35,056 nt of DNA. It comes from a virus (lineage: Duplodnaviria > Heunggongvirae > Uroviricota > Caudoviricetes). This document shows positions 27,244 to 35,056 of this stretch, one piece after another. The notes beneath the pieces were generated by a model. That model searched no databases. It was given only the letters and a program-made list of their open reading frames with translations, and had not been told where the DNA came from. A program made the translations under genes and the position numbers. The stretch lies in IMG/VR virus record IMGVR_UViG_2778261316_000004. One strand, written 5' to 3'. How positions within the stretch are numbered: position 1 is the first letter of the stretch; every line of letters starts with the position of its first letter.

Positions 27244-30200
27244 TAACAACCTGCGTCTGCAGGTCATTCTTAATGCGGTTGACAAGCTCACCCGCCCATT
27301 TCGATCTGCGCAGGCCAGTTCAAGAGAACTGGCTGCTGCTGTCAAAAAATCCCGCGATGCAATAAAGCAGCTTGATCAGGCCGGGAGCAGTCTGGACAGC
27401 TTCCGAAAGCTGCAGGCAGAAAATCAGAAATTAGGCGACAGGCTGAACTATGCCCGCCAGCGTGCAAATTTGCTCAGTCAGGAACTGGGAGCGATGGGGC
27501 CGCCTTCGCAACGTCAGGTTGTTGCTCTGGGCCGTCAACGGCTGGCTGTTCAGCGCCTGGAAGAACGCCAGAAAAAGCTGCAGCAGCAGACGGCGCTTGT
27601 GCGTGCTGAACTGTACCGGGCGGGAATTTCTGCGAAAGACGATGCGGGAGCAACTGCCCGTTTAGCCCGTGAAACATCACGTTATAACCAGGAACTTTCG
27701 AAACAGGAGGCGCGGCTGAAGCGACTGGGGGAAGCTCAGCGCAGGATGAATGCAGCGCGTGCCAGTTATGCCCGTTCGCTGGAGGTGCGTGATCGTATTG
27801 CAGGTGCCGGAGCCACCACCACGGCTGCAGGGCTGGCAATGGGTGCGCCAGTGATGGCGGCAGTAAAAAGCTATACCAGCATGGAAGATGCCATGAAAGG
27901 TGTGGCAAAGCAGGTCAATGGTCTGCGTGACGATAATGGCAACCGCACTGCACGTTTTTATGAAATGCAGGATGCCATCAAGGCTGCCAGCGAACAGTTG
28001 CCGATGGAAAACGGTGCGGTGGACTTCGCTGCACTGGTTGAAGGTGGTGCGCGCATGAACGTCGCAAACCCTGACGACAGCTGGGAAGATCAGAAACGTG
28101 ACCTGCTGGCCTTCGCCAGTACGGCAGCAAAGGCGGCAACAGCCTTTGAGCTGCCAGCGGATGAACTGTCAGAAAGTCTGGGGAAAATCGCCCAGCTCTA
28201 CAAAATCCCCACCCGCAATATTGAACAGCTCGGTGATGCGCTGAACTATCTGGATGATAACGCCATGTCGAAAGGGGCAGATATCATTGATGTGATGCAA
28301 CGTCTGGGCGGTGTGGCTGACCGTCTGGATTATCGTAAAGCGGCGGCGCTGGGTTCCACCTTCCTGACACTGGGCGCTGCGCCAGAGGTTGCAGCCAGTG
28401 CAGCAAACGCGATGGTGCGTGAATTGTCCATTGCCACCATGCAAAGCAAGAGTTTCTTTGAAGGGATGAATCTGCTGAAACTCAATCCTGAAGTGATTGA
28501 AAAGCAGATGACGAAGGATGCGATGGGAACCATCCAGCGCGTGCTGGAGAAGGTAAACGCGCTGCCGCAGGACAAGCGCCTGTCTGCCATGACTATGTTG
28601 TTTGGTAAAGAGTTTGGCGATGACGCGGCGAAACTGGCAAACAACCTGCCGGAACTGCAGCGTCAGTTAAAACTGACAGCGGGCAATGATGCGCTCGGCT
28701 CCATGCAGAAAGAATCCGACATTAACAAGGATTCACTTTCTGCGCAGTGGTTGCTGGTCAAAACCGGAGCGCAGAACACCTTCAGCAGCCTGGGCGAAAC
28801 GCTGCGCCAGCCGCTGATGGATATTCTGTACACGGTGAAAAGCGTCACGGGGGCGTTGCGTCGCTGGGTGGAAGCTAACCCGGAACTGACAGGCACACTG
28901 ATGAAAGCATCGGCTGTTGTGGCTGCGGTGACCGTCGGCCTCGGCACCTTAGCGGTGGCGCTGGCTGCAGTGCTGGGGCCGCTGGCAGTGATCCGTCTGG
29001 GATTCTCTGTGTTGGGTATCAAAACGTTATCTTCCGTTACGGCAGCAGTAACTCGAACCAGCAGCGCGTTGTCCTGGCTGGCTGGCGCACCACTGGCACT
29101 GCTGCGACGCGGGCTTGCTTCATCGGGCAACGCCGCAGGTTTACTTACTGCGCCGTTGTCGTCTTTGCGCCGCACGGCATCACTGACGGGAAATGTCCTG
29201 AAAACTGTAGCAGGTGCGCCGGTTGCACTTTTGCGGTCTGGATTATCCGGTTTACGTGCTGTTGCTGTGATGTTTATGAATCCTCTGGCGGTACTGCGCG
29301 GTGGACTGGTCGCCGCAGGCACGGTGCTGCGAGTACTGGCATCTGGTCCACTGGCGATGCTGCGCGTTGCCCTGTATGCCGTATCTGGTCTGTTAGGTGC
29401 TCTGCTCAGTCCGATAGGTCTTGTGGTTACTGCACTGGCGGGCGTGGCGCTGGTTGTCTGGAAATACTGGCAACCCATCACCGCATTTCTTGGTGGCGTG
29501 GTGGAAGGATTCAAAGCGGCGGCAGGTCCCGTCAGTGCAGCATTCGAACCGCTTAAGCCCGTGTTCCAGTGGATTGGCGACAAAGTACAGGCGCTGTGGG
29601 GCTGGTTTACTGATCTGCTGACGCCCGTTAAGTCGACCTCTGCCGAACTGCAGAGTGCAGCGGCAATGGGGCGGCGATTCGGGGAGGCACTGGCGGAAGG
29701 GCTGAATATGGTCATGCATCCGCTGGACTCCCTGAAATCCGGCGTTTCCTGGTTGCTGGAGAAGCTCGGCATTGTCAGTAAAGAGGCCGCAAAGGCAAAA
29801 CTGCCGGAAAGCGTGACGCGTCAGCAACCTGCGACGGTGAATGCAGACGGTAAAGTGATGATGTCATCGGGTGGTTTTCCATCATGGGGATATGGCTTTG
29901 CGGGGATGTATGACAGCGGCGGGTATATCCCGCGCGGGCAGTTTGGCATCGTCGGTGAAAACGGGCCGGAAATTGTTAACGGCCCGGCAAATGTGACCAG
30001 CCGGAGAAATACAGCTGCACTGGCTGCCGTTGTTGCCGGAATGATGGGCGTTGCTGCCGCGCCAGCAGAGCTTCCACCGTTGCACCCTTTGGCACTTCCC
30101 GCGAAAGGTGGAGAAGCAATTGTGAGTCGCGCAGCCACTGTGCCGCCCGTTCAACGGATTGAGGCACCGACGCAGATCATCATTCAGACGCAGCCAGGAC

Positions 30201-30313
30201 AAAGTGCGCAGGATATTGCGCGGGAGGTGGCACGCCAGCTTGATGAACGTGAACGCAGGCTGAAGGCAAAAGCCAGGAGTAACTACAGCGATCAGGGGGG
30301 ATACGACGCATGA
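27236..30313 (+). CDS. T: Tail tape measure protein (gpT)
   Basis: 1025 aa ORF; coiled-coil N-terminal half and Ala/Gly/Leu-rich repeats. Confidence 0.9.
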   Translation: MSDNNLRLQVILNAVDKLTRPFRSAQASSRELAAAVKKSRDAIKQLDQAGSSLDSFRKLQAENQKLGDRLNYARQRANLLSQELGAMGPPSQRQVVALGRQRLAVQRLEERQKKLQQQTALVRAELYRAGISAKDDAGATARLARETSRYNQELSKQEARLKRLGEAQRRMNAARASYARSLEVRDRIAGAGATTTAAGLAMGAPVMAAVKSYTSMEDAMKGVAKQVNGLRDDNGNRTARFYEMQDAIKAASEQLPMENGAVDFAALVEGGARMNVANPDDSWEDQKRDLLAFASTAAKAATAFELPADELSESLGKIAQLYKIPTRNIEQLGDALNYLDDNAMSKGADIIDVMQRLGGVADRLDYRKAAALGSTFLTLGAAPEVAASAANAMVRELSIATMQSKSFFEGMNLLKLNPEVIEKQMTKDAMGTIQRVLEKVNALPQDKRLSAMTMLFGKEFGDDAAKLANNLPELQRQLKLTAGNDALGSMQKESDINKDSLSAQWLLVKTGAQNTFSSLGETLRQPLMDILYTVKSVTGALRRWVEANPELTGTLMKASAVVAAVTVGLGTLAVALAAVLGPLAVIRLGFSVLGIKTLSSVTAAVTRTSSALSWLAGAPLALLRRGLASSGNAAGLLTAPLSSLRRTASLTGNVLKTVAGAPVALLRSGLSGLRAVAVMFMNPLAVLRGGLVAAGTVLRVLASGPLAMLRVALYAVSGLLGALLSPIGLVVTALAGVALVVWKYWQPITAFLGGVVEGFKAAAGPVSAAFEPLKPVFQWIGDKVQALWGWFTDLLTPVKSTSAELQSAAAMGRRFGEALAEGLNMVMHPLDSLKSGVSWLLEKLGIVSKEAAKAKLPESVTRQQPATVNADGKVMMSSGGFPSWGYGFAGMYDSGGYIPRGQFGIVGENGPEIVNGPANVTSRRNTAALAAVVAGMMGVAAAPAELPPLHPLALPAKGGEAIVSRAATVPPVQRIEAPTQIIIQTQPGQSAQDIAREVARQLDERERRLKAKARSNYSDQGGYDA

Positions 30314-30795
30314 TGATGGTGCTGGGATTGTACGTGTTTATGCTGCGCACCGTTCCGTATCAGGAACTGCAGTATCAACGCAGCTGGCGACATGCGGCAA
30401 ACAGTCGGGTAAACCGACGTCCGTCCACGCAGTTTCTGGGACCGGAAAACGACATGCTGACGCTTTCCGGTGTTCTTATGCCGGAGATAACAGGCGGCAG
30501 GCTGTCGTTGCTGGCACTGGAGCAGATGGCAGAACAGGGGAAAGCATGGCCCCTGATTGAAGGCAGCGGCACGATTTACGGCATGTATGTGATTGAGGGA
30601 CTGAATCAGACTAAAACGGAGTTTTTCCGCGACGGTATGCCGCGCCGGATTGAGTTCACCCTGTCGCTCAAACGAGTGGATGAATCCCTGTCCGATATGT
30701 TCGGTGATCTCAGTGCGCAACTGAATAATCTGCAGGACACGGCAACGTCTGCCTTAAGCGATATCAGTAAAACGGTGGGAGGGCTGCTGTCGTGA
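30310..30795 (+). CDS. U: Tail protein U
   Basis: 161 aa ORF, ATGA overlap with T. Confidence 0.85.
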   Translation: MMMVLGLYVFMLRTVPYQELQYQRSWRHAANSRVNRRPSTQFLGPENDMLTLSGVLMPEITGGRLSLLALEQMAEQGKAWPLIEGSGTIYGMYVIEGLNQTKTEFFRDGMPRRIEFTLSLKRVDESLSDMFGDLSAQLNNLQDTATSALSDISKTVGGLLS

Positions 30796-31892
30796 ATTTC
30801 AGCTCTGAACTGCTTAACAAAGGCAACAAAACTCCCGCATTCAGCATCAGTATTGAGGGCAGGGATATCACCACTGTGCTGGATAACCGCCTGATGAGTT
30901 TGACGCTGACGGATAACCGGGGCTTTGAAGCGGACCAGCTTGATCTGGAGCTGGACGACGCTGACGGAAAAATCGTGCTGCCGCGCCGTGGTGCGGTCAT
31001 TACGCTGGCGCTGGGCTGGAAGGGGCAGCCGCTTTTCCCTAAAGGGGCATTCACAGTGGACGAGATTGAACACACTGGCGCACCGGACCGCCTGACTATC
31101 CGGGCGCGAAGTGCTGATTTTCGGGAAACGCTGAATACCCGCCGTGAAAAATCGTGGCATAAGACCACCGTCGGGGAAGTGGTGAAGGAAATAGCCGCGC
31201 GGCACAAGCTGAAGATGGCACTGGGTAAAGACCTGTCAGATAAACCCGTGGAGCATATAGACCAGACTAATGAGAGTGACGGCAGTTTTCTGATGCGGCT
31301 GGCGCGACAGTACGGTGCCATCGCGTCGGTGAAAAATGGCAATCTGTTATTCATCCGGCAGGGGCAGGGCAAAAGCGCCACTGGTAAACCTCTGCCAGTG
31401 ATCACTATCACACGCAAGGACGGCGACCGTCACCGATTTACCCTGGCAGATCGCGGAGCCTACACGGGCGTAATTGCCAGCTGGTTGCATACCCGCGAAC
31501 CTGCGAAGAAAGAAAGCACCACGGTGAAGCGTAAGCGCAGAACTAAGAAGCAGAAGAAAGAGCCAGAAGCGAAGCAGGGCGATTACCTGGTGGGTACGGA
31601 TGAAAACGTGCTGGTACTTAATCGCACTTATGCCAACCGGAGCAACGCCGAACGAGCGGCGAAAATGCAGTGGGAACGCCTGCAACGCGGCGTTGCGTCA
31701 TTTTCGCTACAACTGGCAGAAGGGCGGGCAGATCTCTACACGGAAATGCCAGTGAAAGTCAGTGGCTTTAAACAGCCGATAGATGATGCGGAATGGACCA
31801 TTACGACTCTGACGCATACCGTCAGTCCGGATAACGGTTTTACGACCAGTCTGGAGCTTGAAGTGAGGATTGATGATTTCGAAATGGAATGA
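30792..31892 (+). CDS. D: Tail/late gene D protein (P2 gpD type)
   Basis: 366 aa ORF with GTG start overlapping the U stop; last gene before ogr. Confidence 0.85.
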   Translation: MNFSSELLNKGNKTPAFSISIEGRDITTVLDNRLMSLTLTDNRGFEADQLDLELDDADGKIVLPRRGAVITLALGWKGQPLFPKGAFTVDEIEHTGAPDRLTIRARSADFRETLNTRREKSWHKTTVGEVVKEIAARHKLKMALGKDLSDKPVEHIDQTNESDGSFLMRLARQYGAIASVKNGNLLFIRQGQGKSATGKPLPVITITRKDGDRHRFTLADRGAYTGVIASWLHTREPAKKESTTVKRKRRTKKQKKEPEAKQGDYLVGTDENVLVLNRTYANRSNAERAAKMQWERLQRGVASFSLQLAEGRADLYTEMPVKVSGFKQPIDDAEWTITTLTHTVSPDNGFTTSLELEVRIDDFEME

Positions 31893-31982
31893 TTCTTCGC
31901 AATAGAGAACTTTTAAGTTTGCAAAATGGAATAATGCGATATCATTATTGTGAATTTAGCAAAAATGGGGAGAACTCGAAAA

Positions 31983-32201
31983 ATGATGATTTGCCCACTG
32001 TGTGGAAGTACCGCCCATACTCGCAGCAGTTTTCAGGTATCTTCATTGACCAAAGAGCGTTACAACCAGTGCCAGAACATTAACTGCAGCCATACTTTTG
32101 TTACCCATGAAACTTTTGTTCGTTCGATTGCTACGCCAAAAGAGTCAAATCCGGTTCAGCCGCATCCAATGAAATCAGGACAGGTGGCGCTCTCTCTTTG
32201 A
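31983..32201 (+). CDS. ogr: Ogr-family zinc-finger late transcription activator (72 aa)
   Basis: ORF track 31950..32201; ATG at 31983; product MMICPLCGSTAHTRSS...QCQNINCSHTF with CxxC...CxxxxC. Confidence 0.8.
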   Translation: MMICPLCGSTAHTRSSFQVSSLTKERYNQCQNINCSHTFVTHETFVRSIATPKESNPVQPHPMKSGQVALSL

Positions 32202-32287
32202 CGCTGCCGCCATTTTGTCGCCATCGTTAAAAAACAGTGCTTCTAACATCATGATTTTAAACAGCATAAATTTCAGGCAACAAAAAA

Positions 32288-32324
32288 CCCATCAACCTTG
32301 AACCGAAATGGCGGGGTTGATGGG
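32288..32324 (-). terminator. Intrinsic terminator-like hairpin with T6 tail on the minus strand, downstream of ybjL
   Basis: CCCATCAACC ... GGTTGATGGG on the plus strand preceded by A6, so on the minus strand a hairpin followed by TTTTTT; long loop. Confidence 0.4.
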
Positions 32325-32436
32325 CTCCACAAAATGGGGACATCAAAGAAAAGCAGTGGCACTAATTAAGACTGATGCCCTGCGGAAAAGTTCTGCGGTT
32401 GTGCAAAAAAATTTCATTTTCAGGGCAACTTCAGTT

Positions 32437-34122
32437 TTATCCTAATCCTGGCCATACCATGACGATGATTGTCCCTGCCAGCGTCAGCAGGACGTTGGCG
32501 ATTGCATAGGTGCCCGCATAGCCCAGCGCCGGGATGTTACTGCGAGCTGTATCACTGATGATCTCCATTGCCGGCGCGCAGGTACGTGCGCCCATCATTG
32601 CGCCGAACAACAGCGCGCGGTTCATTCGCAATACATAAGCACCGAACAAGAAACAGATAACCACGGGCACCAGACTGACAATCAATCCGGCAATCAACAT
32701 CTGACCGCCAATCGCGCCCAGGCCGTTATTAATACCGCTACCGGCGCTCAGACCAACGCCTGCCATAAACACCATCAAGCCGAACTCTTTCACCATGCTT
32801 AATGCACCCTGCGGAATGTAACCGAAGGTCGGGTGGTTAGCACGCATAAAGCCCAGCATAATTCCGGCGAATAACAACCCGGCAGCGTTCCCCATGCCGA
32901 AACTGAATGTGCTGAACTGGAAGGTGATCATCCCGATCATCAGCCCAATAACAAAGAAGGCGCAGAATGCCAGCAGGTCAGTGACCTGGCTGTGAATCGA
33001 GATAAAGCCGATGCGATCGGCGATGGTTTTTACGCGGCGGGCATCGCCGCTGACTTGTAAAACGTCACCTTTGTTAAGCACGACGTTGTCATCTATCGGC
33101 ATCTCAATCTGGCTACGAATGACGCGGTTAAGGAAGCAACCGTGATCGGTCAACTTCAGTTGTGCGAGACGTTTACCTACAGCGTTATGGTTTTTAACGA
33201 CCACTTCTTCAGTGACGATACGCATGTCGAGAAGGTCACGATCGAAAACTTCTTTACCGTTACGGAAGCTGGGATCGAGTCGGGCATGGGCGTCGGGATA
33301 GCCTACCAACGCTATTTCATCGCCCATTTGTAGCACGGCATCACCGTCTGGATTTGCCAGAATCCCGTTACGTCGAATACGTTCAATGTAGCAGCCGGTT
33401 TGTCGATAAATACCCAGTTCACGCAGATTTTTGCCGTCGGTCCAGGCCACCAGTTCCGGGCCGACGCGATAGGCGCGGATCACCGGTAAATAAACCTTAC
33501 GGTTGGCATCAGTGTCCAGGCCACGTTCGCGGGCGATTTGCTGGGCGCTGGTCTGTAAGTCCTGATGCTGCAATTTCGGCAAGTAACGCGCACCAACAAT
33601 CAAACTCACCAGACCGATTAAATAGGTTAAGGCATACCCGAGGCTCAGATTATCCAGTGCCAGTGAGAGCTGCCTGCTTTCCATGCCGGAATGACGCAGT
33701 GTATCGCCAGCACCGACCAGAACCGGTGTCGACGTCATAGAGCCTGCTAACATACCGGCCGTCAGGCCAATATCCCAGCCAAACAGCTTACCTAACCCTA
33801 AGGCGATCACCAGCGCACTGCCAACCATCACCAGTGCTAACATTAGGTAATTTTTCCCATCGCGAAAAAAAATGGAAAAAAAGTTCGGTCCGGCTTCGAC
33901 CCCGACGCAGAAAATAAACAGCATAAAGCCAAGATTAAGCGCATCGGTGTTAATGCTGAAATGTTGTTGGCCTAATAACAGCGATACGACTAAAACGCCA
34001 ATGGAATTACCCAGTTGGATCGAACCAAGTCGTAACTTTCCGAGACATAGCCCAAGCGCGAGGACCACAAATAATAACAGAATGTAATTCCCATTTAACA
34101 ATTCGGCGACGTTTATATTCAC
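32437..34122 (-). CDS. ybjL: Putative transporter YbjL (AAE-family membrane protein)
   Basis: 561 aa ORF beginning [25 protein letters not shown]; recognised from memory as enterobacterial YbjL. Confidence 0.85.
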
Positions 34123-34391
34123 GGAGGCTAACTTCTTGTTTACTAGTAAGCTGTTGAAAGAAATGGTAATTTACGATAATGTTTTTTACCAGAATTCAGG
34201 GCGCAGATTCATTCAGCGCACCTAAACGATAGTAAAGTAACAATATATTTTACTAGTGTAATCACATTAGGTATCAACGGCTATATGAATTGCGTTGGCC
34301 TATATTAGCATGGAATGCGAAGCGGCTTTATCTTACTGAACGCCACACTGGCGAAAAATGTGTTCGATAGACGCAGTGTCAGGAGGAACGA

Positions 34392-34769
34392 GTGAAACAT
34401 AAACAACGTTGGGCGGGGGCAATCTGCTGTTTTGTCCTCTTCATTGTGGTGTGCCTTTTTCTGGCGACGCACATGAAAGGCGCTTTTCGGGCTGCCGGGC
34501 ATCCTGAAATCGGCTTGCTATTTTTCATTCTTCCTGGAGCAGTCGCCAGCTTCTTTTCACAGCGTAGAGAAGTCCTGAAACCTATGTTTGGCGCAATGCT
34601 GGCGGCACCCTGTTCGATGCTCATTATGCGGCTGTTTTTTTCACCGACGCGCTCATTCTGGCAAGAGCTGGCATGGTTATTAAGTGCGGTGTTCTGGTGT
34701 GCGCTGGGGGCACTGTGTTTCTTATTTATCAGTAGTTTGTTTAAACCACAGCACAGAAAAAATCAGTAA
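34392..34769 (+). CDS. ybjM: Inner membrane protein YbjM (125 aa)
   Basis: GTG start after AGGAGG; hydrophobic 125 aa protein in the conserved position between ybjL and grxA. Confidence 0.8.
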   Translation: MKHKQRWAGAICCFVLFIVVCLFLATHMKGAFRAAGHPEIGLLFFILPGAVASFFSQRREVLKPMFGAMLAAPCSMLIMRLFFSPTRSFWQELAWLLSAVFWCALGALCFLFISSLFKPQHRKNQ

Positions 34770-34798
34770 AGCCCTCAACGCGAGGGCTTGTCAGACGA

Positions 34799-35056
34799 TC
34801 AGGCGTCCAGATTTTCTTTCACCCATGCAGCAAAATCGGTATAGCCGCCGATATGTTGCTGATCGACAAAAATCTGCGGCACGGTTTCTACGGGTTTACC
34901 TGCCTTTTGTTGTAGATCTTCTTTAGTGATCCCTTCCGCACGAATATCTACATAGTGATACTGAAAATCATCGTGTTCATTGCTCAATTTCTCAGCCAGA
35001 TCTTTTGCACGCACACAGTAAGGGCAACCCGGACGACCAAAAATAACGGTTTGCAT
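34799..35056 (-). CDS. grxA: Glutaredoxin 1
   Basis: 85 aa, CPYC active site (MQTVIFGRPGCPYCVRAKDL...); start codon is the last three bases of the window. Confidence 0.9.
   Translation of the reverse strand: MQTVIFGRPGCPYCVRAKDLAEKLSNEHDDFQYHYVDIRAEGITKEDLQQKAGKPVETVPQIFVDQQHIGGYTDFAAWVKENLDA

Larger units (their letters stand above)
1..32280. mobile_element. P2/186-family prophage (integrated). Left attachment site lies left of the window; right end lies between ogr and ybjL.
   Basis: Complete conserved P2-type gene order (int, immunity, A, Q P O N M L X Y K R S V W J I H G FI FII E T U D ogr) read from the ORF track; host genes ybjL/ybjM/grxA start at 32437. Right boundary is approximate. 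Confidence 0.85.

Noticed and set aside
28663-29772. 369 aa minus-strand ORF inside the tape measure gene
   Set aside because: Antisense to a well-supported 1025 aa gene in GC-rich repetitive sequence; Pro/Ser/Ala/Arg-rich composition typical of antisense reading of Ala/Gly-rich genes.
31889-32083. 64 aa ORF overlapping the start of ogr
   Set aside because: Different frame from the Ogr zinc-finger product, which has the recognisable motif and expected 72 aa size.
1-35056. CRISPR arrays, rRNA or tRNA genes
   Set aside because: No regularly spaced direct repeats and no tRNA-like cloverleaf region noticed by eye at either prophage end; a dedicated tRNA/CRISPR scan was not possible.

Overview
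The window is an almost complete P2/186-family (Peduovirus-type) prophage of about 32.3 kb in integrated orientation, followed by enterobacterial chromosomal genes ybjL, ybjM and grxA. Gene order: int, a small secreted-protein moron, a 186-type CI repressor (all leftward); then rightward Apl/Cox-like, CII, small early ORFs, a TraR-like zinc finger, Dam methylase and rolling-circle replication gene A; a LexA-box-controlled two-gene module ending in a DinI-like protein; an AT-rich cargo hotspot holding an acidic protein, a cos-like sequence and a two-gene operon (trypsin-fold serine protease plus small C-terminally hydrophobic partner); then the full late region (Q, P, O, N, M, L, X, holin, endolysin, LysA/B/C, R, S, V, W, J, I, H, invertible tail-fibre segment with Gin/Hin-type invertase, FI, FII, E/E+E' with T6G frameshift site, T, U, D, ogr). 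The best candidate for an undescribed system is the protease-plus-partner operon at 9091..10181, which sits where P2 carries its defence cargo (tin/old); I could not match it to a named defence system from memory. All calls come from reading the ORF track and sequence motifs, with homology judged from memory; no database search was run. Start codons were refined by hand where the ORF track clearly over-extends.
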